From the NCBI GenBank assembly GCA_965649265.1, contig CBFGKC010000006.1:32001-96000 (forward strand): a DNA stretch of 64,000 nt, in the 5' to 3' direction. Numbering within the stretch: position 1 is the first letter of the stretch; every line of letters starts with the position of its first letter. This document shows positions 51,336 to 60,207 of this stretch, one piece after another. The notes under the pieces were generated by a model. That model was not told where the DNA came from. It ran no database searches and worked only from the letters and a program-made list of their open reading frames with translations. The stretch is from a candidate division WOR-3 bacterium (GTDB lineage: Bacteria; Hydrothermota; Tepidihabitantia; B3-TA06). Position numbers and translations under genes: made by a program.

Positions 51336-51830
51336 CTATTTCTTTTGTTTCCACAGTTCCTCGTTCAATGTGAGTTCACCTGGATTATCAGGATTCTTAT
51401 TTGTGAACCCCAAGCATTTTAGAGGGGCAACTTGAGCTTCGTGCCCCGGTGCGTTGTGGGTGATGATCGACAGTGCACCCCTGACGTTGAAACAGTGCTG
51501 AACTATCGCTTGAAGGGCTTCTCTGTCATGGTCGTTGTCCTGGTATTTTGAAAGGATCACGTGCCCCAAATCCGCCTGTTTTGCCTTGTCTATTCCGTTG
51601 ATCGCCAGGAGGCCAATGAGCTTTCCCGATTTCTTCAGACACGCCGCGAAGTAGTTATCCATGCCTGACATGTACTGAACGGATTTCTGGCAGGTTTCAA
51701 TAGAGGTTTCCCATTTATCAAACGCGGGACCAGGAGCCATTCTCCAGTCAACGGCAAGTTCATGGAAATCTCGCCAGTCATCAGCAGTAAATGATCGCAG
51801 AACTAGTCGCTTCGTCTCAATTCGTTGCAT
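51336..51830 (-). CDS. GNAT (RimJ/RimL-type) N-acetyltransferase
   Basis: IETKRLVLRSF..DD, GKLIG, DLGHVI..KYQ, LKCLGF. Confidence 0.75.
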   Translation of the reverse strand: MQRIETKRLVLRSFTADDWRDFHELAVDWRMAPGPAFDKWETSIETCQKSVQYMSGMDNYFAACLKKSGKLIGLLAINGIDKAKQADLGHVILSKYQDNDHDREALQAIVQHCFNVRGALSIITHNAPGHEAQVAPLKCLGFTNKNPDNPGELTLNEELWKQKK

Positions 51831-52001
51831 AAGGTTTTTCCTTTTTAGCTGTTACTTCTTGGTTACGAAACCCGGCAATATACCTCATGAATGCACGTAA
51901 AGCTAGCCGGATTCTCAATCGTTCCTTCAAGTCATCCCCAACGTGTTGTTTTTGTAAAGTCTTCGTAAAAAACTCTCGTCGATTTCCAGCATAAGCGTTG
52001 T

Positions 52002-53105
52002 TTAGCGCTCCCAGCCGTAGATCCTTCTCTCGGCAGTCTCAAGGAGCCTCTCTGGGGAGCCGTCCTCGGGCACGAACCACAGCTCGAAACGCGCCGGATA
52101 CTCTTGCTCCCAGTCTCCCTCCTTGCACCAGACCTCGCAGTTAAAGAAAAATTTCTCCTTCAGGTCGCTAGACCAGCCCACGTACTCTATCGTTCTTTTC
52201 TGCTCCATTTCGTACATTACTTCCGCTCCCGTCTCCGTGTTATAGACCTTGAAGTATGTCCACCCCGGTTTGCCTGGGTTCACGTATCCCGAGGCCATGT
52301 ATATGCCGGGCTGCATGCCGTCACCTACAAAGATCAGGGATTTGTCAGAAATCTTTGTTGAACCCTTGGGCAACAGAGCCGGTGAGAAGCCCTTTTCCAA
52401 CAGCCATCTCAGCTCCGCATCGATCTCGTCTATAGTCTTTTGTGTGAATTTTCTCCATTTACTTTTGGACTGCTCAAAGATTTCTACCCACACTCCTTCG
52501 CCCTTCTCACCCTCCGCTCCCTCGAGAACGAGATATGACTCAAAGCCGGGTTGTTCGTAATCGGGTTTGTAGACGTTGAGTTCGACCGCTGCATCTCCGA
52601 TGACGCCCTTGTCGTACCAGTTGTTGCGTATCCAGCCGTCTTCGCTGCGCGGTTTGTAGTGCTCGAGTCTTATCATCACCCTCGACTGCAGAAGCGTGTC
52701 CGCGTTGAAGTCGGCAACGTATCCGTGCAAGGTCGTATACCAACAGCCCTCTTCAGTCTTTCCGTCTTCCCCGGCCTCATCGCCCGACATTGGGCTGAAG
52801 TTTTCCGGGTTGCCCCTTGCCCTTTTTATCGCAACCAAGGTGCCTTTGATAGCGGGCGTTTCGCCGAAACGAGTCACTCTCCATTCCGCGCTCGAACAGA
52901 GATAGCGCAAGAGAAGCTCCCTCTTATCCCCGACAAAAAGATCGAGGGTCGTATCGTTTGCATCAATCCTGCATGTGCCGATTTTCTCGCGCCACTCTTT
53001 CTTTTCCGTGAGTTCGTTTATGATTGTGCCGCAGCAGCTTCCAGTGATGACTGCGGTAAGGACTGCGCCGAGAAGGAAAATAAGTTTTGAAAGGGACTTA
53101 CTCAT
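52002..53105 (-). CDS. Hypothetical lipoprotein
   Basis: Hydrophobic leader ending ITGSCC; 367 aa ORF. Confidence 0.7.
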   Translation of the reverse strand: MSKSLSKLIFLLGAVLTAVITGSCCGTIINELTEKKEWREKIGTCRIDANDTTLDLFVGDKRELLLRYLCSSAEWRVTRFGETPAIKGTLVAIKRARGNPENFSPMSGDEAGEDGKTEEGCWYTTLHGYVADFNADTLLQSRVMIRLEHYKPRSEDGWIRNNWYDKGVIGDAAVELNVYKPDYEQPGFESYLVLEGAEGEKGEGVWVEIFEQSKSKWRKFTQKTIDEIDAELRWLLEKGFSPALLPKGSTKISDKSLIFVGDGMQPGIYMASGYVNPGKPGWTYFKVYNTETGAEVMYEMEQKRTIEYVGWSSDLKEKFFFNCEVWCKEGDWEQEYPARFELWFVPEDGSPERLLETAERRIYGWER

Positions 53106-53149
53106 ACACTAACTATGACGAACGAGAGCGGCGATTGGTTGCTCCGGGT

Positions 53150-53995
53150 TCATTTTATCGAGAGCTCAAGGCCGAGGTTGTCGATGTCGAAAAGTATGCT
53201 TTCACTGAAATATTCCGGATCTCGCACATAAGCAATATACTCATCAAACACGCCCCTTTTTATAAATCCCGGATCGCCCACGTCGTGCGCGAGAACGAAA
53301 GCGCCCGGCGAAAGCTTGGAGTAGAGCGCTTTCAAAAGATCCAGATAAATTTCCTTGCCTTTTTCCTTTCCGTCCGCGTCGAGATGGAGGAAGTCGATTT
53401 GACCTTCAAAACGCTCTGCGAATACGAGTCCGTCCTCGGCAATCAATTCGACGTGTCCGGAGTCCTCTACTGTCGTGAAATTCTTGCGAGCGCCCTCGAT
53501 CGCTTCCGGGTTGATGTCTATCCCGTACACCTTTTCCGCCTTGTATGACCTGTCTTTGCCGCAGCCGGGTGCGGCGCTCCAGAGAAGCGTGTAACCGTAG
53601 AAGATGCCGATGCCGGCGGCAACCCTTGGTTTTCTGACCGATGAGAGCATGAAAAAAAGCCTGCGCATCACCCTCGTGAACGTCGTAAATGGAAAGAACC
53701 ATTTATTCCTGGTGAGCGTCACGAACCTTTCGTACGCGTCCTTGCGATACGAGGCCTCTGCAGGGACAAGACCTTTCTCCTTGAGCATCAATAAAATCGA
53801 ATCCACCACCCGCTCGTCCTGGGTCGATGAAAGGTGGTTGAGGAAATCCTCGTCCCGGAAGCAGACCTCCCTGCGAAGACCGTCAGGGGCGTCGTGGTTG
53901 AATCGGGCGTCCGGCGCTACGTGACTGCCTCGCTCCTTCAGAGTCTCGAGCGTTCTTTCGATAATCTCTTTATCAGGCCTGAAAACGAAAGCCAT
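53150..53995 (-). CDS. Class I SAM-dependent (O-)methyltransferase
   Basis: GIGIFYGYT motif I, GIDINPEAIEGARKNF, IDFLHLDAD, LSPGAFVLAHD. Confidence 0.8.
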   Translation of the reverse strand: MAFVFRPDKEIIERTLETLKERGSHVAPDARFNHDAPDGLRREVCFRDEDFLNHLSSTQDERVVDSILLMLKEKGLVPAEASYRKDAYERFVTLTRNKWFFPFTTFTRVMRRLFFMLSSVRKPRVAAGIGIFYGYTLLWSAAPGCGKDRSYKAEKVYGIDINPEAIEGARKNFTTVEDSGHVELIAEDGLVFAERFEGQIDFLHLDADGKEKGKEIYLDLLKALYSKLSPGAFVLAHDVGDPGFIKRGVFDEYIAYVRDPEYFSESILFDIDNLGLELSIK

Positions 53996-53997
53996 TG

Positions 53998-54990
53998 TTA
54001 AATCCTTGTAAAATCGATATCGACGAGCGGCACGTCGTTCTCAATGTTCGATCTGTAACGGGCCAGAACCGCCCTGCCGCGTTCGTCCAGGTGATGAACG
54101 TCGAACTTCTTGTAGATGAAGACGTAGGTGACCATTTCCCTGAGCTTCAGGAAATCGTGATAGGTTTCCTTCCACCAGTCGTCCAGCCGGTTCTCCCTTT
54201 CATAGCCTTTCCAGAAATTCCTTAAGAAGAAGCGCACGAAATCAGCCATGTCCGCTTCGGTCCCACCCAGCCAGCGCGAGTAGAAGAGCAGCGTTGCGAT
54301 GTCGCCGGCGAACCAGATGTGGTAGGCGTCGTCGAAATCGATAACAGTTAATCTCTTACCATCCACCAGCAGATTGCTCTGGTGCATATCGGTGTGGACG
54401 AGCCCGTAGGTCTCCCGGCCGAGGGGCAGTCTTTTTAGTCTCTCGACAAGCGCCTTGCATTTCTCCAGCACCTTGATCTGATCGGCCGGGATGTAGTGAT
54501 CCCATCGGAGATAATCGAACTCGTGCCAGTGCTCGCGTCTTTTCTCATCACCCGGGTCAGGGTAATCCTTGGTCAGCCGGTGCGTCATCCCGACAATTCT
54601 GCCCCATTCCTCGATAAGATCGGACGTCCACTCACCCGGTCCTAAAAGCTTTCCAGGAGCCTTCTCGAAGGACACGACTAAAAAGTATGAGCCATCCTCC
54701 GCGTCCACCCTTTCAACCAGATTCCCCCGAGGCGAATCGTACGCCCTTGCGGCAGGCACGTCGTTATCGGCAAGATAGTTGAGCCAGTCAATCTCTCCGC
54801 GAATCTCTCCTTCGGTTCTGTGCGAGGAATGGGTCACGCGGAGAATCCTCTCCTCCCCGTCATAAGGGTAGGAGTAGACAAAGTTCTCTATGTCGCCCAG
54901 GAGTTTCAACCCCTCTGCTTTTATTCCGTAGAGCTTTGAGGCCTGAGCCCTTATATTGTCCGTGAAGAGTTCTAAAACTTTCTTTTCCAT
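53998..54990 (-). CDS. APH / homoserine kinase type II-like phosphotransferase
   Basis: ILRVTH, EIDWLNYL, YGLVHTDMHQSN, VIDFDD. Confidence 0.88.
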   Translation of the reverse strand: MEKKVLELFTDNIRAQASKLYGIKAEGLKLLGDIENFVYSYPYDGEERILRVTHSSHRTEGEIRGEIDWLNYLADNDVPAARAYDSPRGNLVERVDAEDGSYFLVVSFEKAPGKLLGPGEWTSDLIEEWGRIVGMTHRLTKDYPDPGDEKRREHWHEFDYLRWDHYIPADQIKVLEKCKALVERLKRLPLGRETYGLVHTDMHQSNLLVDGKRLTVIDFDDAYHIWFAGDIATLLFYSRWLGGTEADMADFVRFFLRNFWKGYERENRLDDWWKETYHDFLKLREMVTYVFIYKKFDVHHLDERGRAVLARYRSNIENDVPLVDIDFTRI

Positions 54991-55010
54991 CCCGACTCCA
55001 GGTTGATTGT

Positions 55011-56087
55011 TTACGTCTGCAGTGCCTGCCGAGTGCGGTCAAAATCACTCAGGTAGCTTTCCTTCTCGGCAGCGGGCAGGAACGAATGCCTGAATCCGTT
55101 TCTCATTATCCCTAGAATAGACTGCAAATCAAGTCCTCGCTCGAGAACGTGCACGTACTCGTCCACGAGCGAGGTGGAAAAGAAAGTAGGGTCATCCGAA
55201 TTCAGCGTAACCGGAACGCCGGCGTCTACGAACCTTTTCAAGGGGTGACTTTCGTATGAGTCGTAAAGACCCGTCATAAGGTTGCTCGTGGGGCATATAT
55301 CGAGAGGTATTTGGTGTTCGGCCAGATAGCCAACGAGCGACGCGTCCTCTATGGCTCGGACCCCGTGGCCGATTCTCTCCACGCCCAGGATTCTTAAGGC
55401 GTCCCATACACTCTCTGGACCAAGCCCTTCGCCTGCATGTACCGAGAGACGGAAGCCTTCCTCCCTCGCCAGTTCATAAACATCCTTGAACAGGGAGGGG
55501 GGATACAGATGCTCGCTTCCACCTATCGTGATGCCCACTATCTCCTCGCATCCCAAATCCATGATCTGTCTCAACAACTCCATCGCTCGGCCGGGGCCGA
55601 TATCCCTTACAAGATCGACAATCCAGTTTACCTTGATTCCGGGAAGTTTCGCCTTCCTGATGCAGGCAGCAATTTCCTCAAGGCTGATACCGTTCCATGT
55701 GTGTTCGATCGCGGAGATGCTTATCTCTGCATAAACCACGCTCTGTACTCGCAGCGCCTCGATAACACCGGTCATGACTTGCGATAGATCGTCTTTGTCC
55801 CTTATGAAGTAGCTGGAGAAGCAGTACGTGGCAAGGAAGTCGTCGAAGTCTTTGTAACGAAACAATTCCTTGACCTCGTCCTCGCTCCATCTTGCCGGTT
55901 CGAGAAAGGGCTTGATGTTCTCGTGCGACTCGAACATTCGTACGTGTCTTTGGGGGGCATGTTTCATGAGTTCTGACGCGGGATATTTGTTCATAAGGTT
56001 CGCAAACACTTCTACCGGCATCGCACCGTTGAGGTGAATGTGAAGCTCGGCCTTGGGAAGCCTTGATATCAGCGCTGCCGGGTTCAC
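55011..56087 (-). CDS. add: Adenosine/adenine deaminase family
   Basis: LPKAELHIHLNG, HAGE, RIGHG, CPTSN, NSDDP. Confidence 0.9.
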   Translation of the reverse strand: MNPAALISRLPKAELHIHLNGAMPVEVFANLMNKYPASELMKHAPQRHVRMFESHENIKPFLEPARWSEDEVKELFRYKDFDDFLATYCFSSYFIRDKDDLSQVMTGVIEALRVQSVVYAEISISAIEHTWNGISLEEIAACIRKAKLPGIKVNWIVDLVRDIGPGRAMELLRQIMDLGCEEIVGITIGGSEHLYPPSLFKDVYELAREEGFRLSVHAGEGLGPESVWDALRILGVERIGHGVRAIEDASLVGYLAEHQIPLDICPTSNLMTGLYDSYESHPLKRFVDAGVPVTLNSDDPTFFSTSLVDEYVHVLERGLDLQSILGIMRNGFRHSFLPAAEKESYLSDFDRTRQALQT

Positions 56088-56106
56088 CCTGGACCGAACC
56101 TGACTG

Positions 56107-56406
56107 TCATCCGCAGCACGATGACGAATCGTCCGGGCCGCAAGTCGCTTCCTTTTTACCCGTTAGCGCCGCCCTTATCATGGCCGCTGCGCAGCCCACT
56201 CCCGAGTCGACGCGTATAGCCTTCGACGGGCAGTTACGCTCGCATGCCCCGCACTCCATGCAAGCGTTGGGTCGAACCAATTTTGCTTTAGGGCTACCGA
56301 CAGGAGGTGTGTTACGGGAGAATACTCTATGCGGACAGACGATAGAACACATGCCGCAGCCCGAACACTTCTCCGGAAAGTATTCGAGTGTGTTGGTCGC
56401 CTTCAT
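56107..56406 (-). CDS. hgcB: Mercury methylation ferredoxin HgcB
   Basis: MKATNTL...CSGCGMCSIVCPH, CMECGACERNCP, GVGCAAA and C-terminal CCG; ATG at 56406 overlaps the hgcA stop. Confidence 0.95.
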   Translation of the reverse strand: MKATNTLEYFPEKCSGCGMCSIVCPHRVFSRNTPPVGSPKAKLVRPNACMECGACERNCPSKAIRVDSGVGCAAAMIRAALTGKKEATCGPDDSSSCCG

Positions 56407-57416
56407 TTCCAAATCCCCGCTATCTTGACCACCACGTCGAATACGGTCACGATGAGACCTGCACCGAATAACCATGCCATTACCGGTATGTAGGTGAACA
56501 TCTCTCTGCGAACACCTGTTTTGGATGTGAACGTAGTCGAGCCTGTGAAGTTGAGCGCAAGAAACGCCGTTACCGGCGGCATCAGCATCAGGTAAATCAA
56601 CGAGTTTGCGATACGCATCCACCACGCGGCGTCCGTCCGCGTAAAGAAAACGGCAATCGTGAATCCCAGCGCGACGAGTCCGCCGAGTATGAAACCCTTT
56701 GAGCTGAAATCCCTTGTGGGTATCCACGGAAGGAGGAGGGGGAAGAGCACAGTGCCCGCAAGAAAAGCACTGGCAACGGCGATCGAAGCGAGCCATCCTC
56801 CGATAAAGAAGAATGCGACTGCGGCCCCTAGCATGTAAAGGGAAGAGGCGACCAATTCCACCGGAATCAGAACCGCTCTGTCACCGAGGTTGAAACGAAC
56901 CGACCGCATCCTCTCGTCGGCCTTGCCCAGCCTCATGTATTCAGGTATGTCCTCGGACCTTATGGGTCCGTACTCGACCGAGAAACCGGTCCTGCGCTTG
57001 ACCTCGTGGGCGGATACGCCTGTAGCGCCGAGCTGCGGAAGTATCAGCTTGCGGTGATTCACCACCTCATCCAGTTCGGTCTCCCTGATGTAGTAGCAGA
57101 GCATCGCCGTACCGAACGTCCCCTTGCCGGCCGCGCACCAGACGTTAATCCCCCTGGTGTTCAGAACTAAAATCCATGCGTCCATTCCGGCGATATCTTT
57201 TCTGAGCGCGTCGAAACTCAGGGTATAGTTTGCCGTGACGAAAACGGGGGAGGAGGGGGAGGGGGTTCCGAGCGCGTAAAGTCCGGGTTCAACCCTGTGT
57301 CCCATGCGGTTGACGCCCCAGCGCGCCAGAAAGTGATCCCGGCGATTGGCGGAGGTGATTGAGGAATCCGTCTTTTTGACCTGCGACTTCTCCGCGTCAT
57401 TTAATTGTAAACCCAT
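56403..57416 (-). CDS. hgcA: Mercury methylation corrinoid protein HgcA
   Basis: Cap helix GINVWCAAGKG, VTANYTLSFDALR, ILPQLGATG, C-terminal TM helices and LNFTGSTTFTS..GVRRE. Confidence 0.97.
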   Translation of the reverse strand: MGLQLNDAEKSQVKKTDSSITSANRRDHFLARWGVNRMGHRVEPGLYALGTPSPSSPVFVTANYTLSFDALRKDIAGMDAWILVLNTRGINVWCAAGKGTFGTAMLCYYIRETELDEVVNHRKLILPQLGATGVSAHEVKRRTGFSVEYGPIRSEDIPEYMRLGKADERMRSVRFNLGDRAVLIPVELVASSLYMLGAAVAFFFIGGWLASIAVASAFLAGTVLFPLLLPWIPTRDFSSKGFILGGLVALGFTIAVFFTRTDAAWWMRIANSLIYLMLMPPVTAFLALNFTGSTTFTSKTGVRREMFTYIPVMAWLFGAGLIVTVFDVVVKIAGIWK

Positions 57417-57421
57417 ATTTC

Positions 57422-57449
57422 AGTCTACGCAGTCCATTCGATTAGTCAA
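57422..57449 (-). promoter_or_regulatory. hgcA promoter (TTGACT-N16-TAGACT), likely leaderless
   Basis: ATG 5 nt after the -10 box, no SD. Confidence 0.65.
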
Positions 57450-57481
57450 CGCGCGTAAACAGGAGACCTGGGTAATTCCTC

Positions 57482-57509
57482 TTGACTCCGCGCCCGGTCT
57501 GCATATAGT
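57482..57509 (+). promoter_or_regulatory. Divergent promoter (TTGACT-N16-TATAGT), likely leaderless
   Basis: ATG 57517 lies 7 nt after the -10 box. Confidence 0.65.
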
Positions 57510-57516
57510 CCAATCC

Positions 57517-57993
57517 ATGCTTGAACTCATAGGACTTTTCTTTTTCGCACGCTATATGGGCCGCAGAACCTTTTCCAAGGGATTCTCGAAAGGCAGGGGC
57601 ATAGGCATCTCTGTCGGCTTCTGGCTCGGTCTCGAGCTTCTGGCCGGTTTCATCGGCAGCTCAATCGTGCTGGCATCCGGATACAACGAAAACTCCCTCA
57701 TAATCGTCACATTGCCTTTCGCGGTCGCAGGCATAGGAATCTCCATTCTTATCTCCCTCCTTCTTATCAGGGCGCTGCCTGTACGTAAAGACGAGATAAT
57801 CGAACGTCTCAACTCCCGTGTCGGAACCGACGACGACTGGTGCCTTTACGTCAAGGGGCTTGCCACGCTCGGCCTGCAGGCTTTGCCCGTACTTGAGGAG
57901 TTCCACGAACGCGAGCTCAACTGGCCGCGCTCCGATCGCTTTCGTCAGGCGCTCTCGGACGCTATAGTCAAACTCAGAGCGTCCCCAAAATGA
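57517..57993 (+). CDS. Hypothetical membrane protein
   Basis: Hydrophobic helices; start placed at ATG 57517 from the promoter position. Confidence 0.65.
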   Translation: MLELIGLFFFARYMGRRTFSKGFSKGRGIGISVGFWLGLELLAGFIGSSIVLASGYNENSLIIVTLPFAVAGIGISILISLLLIRALPVRKDEIIERLNSRVGTDDDWCLYVKGLATLGLQALPVLEEFHERELNWPRSDRFRQALSDAIVKLRASPK

Positions 57994-57997
57994 ATCT

Positions 57998-58936
57998 TTA
58001 GTGCCGCAAGTAATCCTCGTATGACATGTTGACCGGGTGTATTTCAGGTTTTTGAGCTGCACGCTCTTTTGAGGTGTGGGTCAGCTTCTCGCTTATCTCC
58101 CAGAGCCTCCACCAGTCAGCTATCCTGTAGGAAGCCTTGTTAGAAGTCTTTGGTCTGCACTTGTCGAAGTATTTGCCGGTCACTCCGTCAACCTCCTGTG
58201 AGGATGCGAGGTAGATGCTTGTCCGTGCCCCTTGCTTCGCAGGAATCCCGAAAAAGGTCTTCATAACGAATGCATTTACCTTCATGAAACCAGTACAACC
58301 GTTTCCCAGATTGGTATTCACGAGTCCGGGATTCAGGGCGTTCACGGTAACGCCTGTTCCCTCGAGTCGTTTTGCAAGTTCGTATGTGAACATGAGCATT
58401 GCGAGTTTCGATTCCCCGTAGACCTGCATTGTCGGGAAACGACCTTTACGCCTATCGAGATTTTCGAAATCGATTGAATTGATCATCCGGTGAACGAAGG
58501 AGGAGACGTTGACTATCCGTGAAGGTGCGGATTTCTTCAAGAGACCCAGCAGGAGATCCGTCAAAAGAAATGGTCCGAGGTAGTTGGTGGCAAAGACCAG
58601 TTCGTACCCGTCAACACTCTCTTGACGTCTGTCAATGGAGATACCGGCATTGTTGATGAGAACGTCCAGCCGCGGAAAGCGCTTCTTGTACCTCTGGGTA
58701 AGCTCCCTCACGTCACGCTGCGATGAAAGGTCCGCTATCTCCAGATATACATGTGGGTTCCCGCTCGCGGCCACTATCTCGCGTCTTGCCCCTTCGCCCC
58801 TGTCGTGGTTCCTTGCGACCATGACGACGACCGAGCCCATTTGCGCAAGACCCCTGGCGGTCTCGTATCCTATTCCCGAGTTCGCTCCTGTTACTATCGA
58901 GAATTTGCCCTCCATAAGGCATGAAGTTTCCATCAT
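57998..58936 (-). CDS. SDR oxidoreductase (retinol dehydrogenase-like), copy 2
   Basis: TGANSGIG, DVLINNAG, YGESK, NPGLVNT. Confidence 0.92.
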   Translation of the reverse strand: MMETSCLMEGKFSIVTGANSGIGYETARGLAQMGSVVVMVARNHDRGEGARREIVAASGNPHVYLEIADLSSQRDVRELTQRYKKRFPRLDVLINNAGISIDRRQESVDGYELVFATNYLGPFLLTDLLLGLLKKSAPSRIVNVSSFVHRMINSIDFENLDRRKGRFPTMQVYGESKLAMLMFTYELAKRLEGTGVTVNALNPGLVNTNLGNGCTGFMKVNAFVMKTFFGIPAKQGARTSIYLASSQEVDGVTGKYFDKCRPKTSNKASYRIADWWRLWEISEKLTHTSKERAAQKPEIHPVNMSYEDYLRH

Positions 58937-59883
58937 GAGAGTTCTCCTTCATTGTAGGAATCCAGGGAAGTATCGGTCAATGGGTGTATCTTCCGGTTTT
59001 GAGCCACGCGTTCGTTTGCTCTTCCCGTAATGCCTTCACTTATCATCCAAAGCCTTTGCCAGTCACGAGTATTACGTGAAGCCTTGTTTGAAGTCTTTGG
59101 TCTGCACTTGTCGAAGTATTTGCCTGTTACTCCGGCGACCTCGGGAGAACTTGCAAGGTAGATGCTTGTCCGTGCTCCTCGCTCAGAAGAAATAGCGAAT
59201 AGTTTCATCAAAACGACTGCGTTAAGCTTCAGGAAGCCTGTAGTATTCTTTCCAAGATTTGTCTTTACGAGGCCGGGATTCAGGGCGTTTACCGTGACGC
59301 CTGTTCCCCCGAGTCGTTTCGCGAGTTCGTAGGAGAACATAAGGACCGCAAGTTTTGATTCACAGTAGGTTTTGACTGCCGAAAACCTGCCTTTCTTTCT
59401 CTCGAGATCATCGAAATCGATCCCGTGCGTCGTCTTGTGAGCGAATGATGAAACGTTTATGATCCTTGAGGGCGCAGAAGCCTTGAGCATATCGAGCAAA
59501 AGATCCGTCAAAAGAAACGGCGCGAGGTAGTTGGTGGCAAAGGTAAGCTCGAAACCGTCCACACTCTCTTGACGCTTGCCAATCATTATTCCCGCATTGT
59601 TTATAAGAACGTCGAGCCGCGGAAAACGCTGCCTGTACCTCTCCGCGAGATACCTTGCCTCCCCCTGCGAGGAAAGATCAGCAAACATCATGTAAACGTG
59701 CGGATTCCCGCTCGCGGCGACTATCTCTTTTCTTGCGCGCTCACCTCGGTCAGGGTCCTTCGCGACTCCAACCACAACCGAGCCCATCCGCGCCAGTCCG
59801 AGCGCGGTCTGGTATCCTATTCCCGAGTTCGCTCCTGTAACGATCGAGAACTTGCCCTCCATTCGGCACGAGCTCTCTCTCAT
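58933..59883 (-). CDS. SDR oxidoreductase (retinol dehydrogenase-like), copy 1
   Basis: TGANSGIG, DVLINNAG, YCESK; clear paralog of the adjacent gene. Confidence 0.92.
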   Translation of the reverse strand: MRESSCRMEGKFSIVTGANSGIGYQTALGLARMGSVVVGVAKDPDRGERARKEIVAASGNPHVYMMFADLSSQGEARYLAERYRQRFPRLDVLINNAGIMIGKRQESVDGFELTFATNYLAPFLLTDLLLDMLKASAPSRIINVSSFAHKTTHGIDFDDLERKKGRFSAVKTYCESKLAVLMFSYELAKRLGGTGVTVNALNPGLVKTNLGKNTTGFLKLNAVVLMKLFAISSERGARTSIYLASSPEVAGVTGKYFDKCRPKTSNKASRNTRDWQRLWMISEGITGRANERVAQNRKIHPLTDTSLDSYNEGELS

Positions 59884-59928
59884 ATGAAGCCTCCTTGGTC
59901 CATACTTTGATTTAAAAAACCTGTATTT

Positions 59929-59956
59929 ATTATAGAAAGGTAAACGTATGCGTCAA
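59929..59956 (-). promoter_or_regulatory. SDR promoter (TTGACG-N16-TATAAT)
   Basis: Hexamers read directly. Confidence 0.7.
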
Positions 59957-59965
59957 GGATTAATT

Positions 59966-59996
59966 CCCCATAAAGGTTCAAAGAACCTTTATGGGG
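59966..59996. repeat. Long intergenic hairpin
   Basis: CCCCATAAAGGTTC-aaa-GAACCTTTATGGGG. Confidence 0.7.
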
Positions 59997-60171
59997 ACCT
60001 CAGCGTTACAGAAATTGTCTCTGATTTGTCTGAGTTGTGCCGAGCGGAAACGAGGTTTTGCATTCAAACGCGGAATTCCATTCCGCGCATGCGCCTCCGG
60101 CGCTCGCTTCCATTAGCTCTCCTTGATTCAGGCTGGCCAGGGGGATACTCTGTGTCCCTTTGGGGCGTCAC

Positions 60172-60199
60172 TTGACCTTTTCGTTTTTCCGACTAATCT
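60172..60199 (+). promoter_or_regulatory. nfeD promoter (TTGACC-N16-TAATCT), likely leaderless
   Basis: ATG 8 nt after the -10 box. Confidence 0.6.
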
Positions 60200-60207
60200 A
60201 TATCTAA

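Noticed and set aside
49227-53105. Integron cassette array
   Set aside because: The genes are co-oriented accessory ORFs, but no attC-like inverted repeats or integrase could be seen
56107-56796. 229-aa ORF as a long ferredoxin
   Set aside because: The N-terminal 130 aa overlap hgcA in another frame; the credible start is ATG 56406
56403-57416. CO dehydrogenase/acetyl-CoA synthase corrinoid subunit
   Set aside because: The cap-helix Cys, TM domain and adjacent hgcB identify HgcA; no acs/cdh genes are nearby
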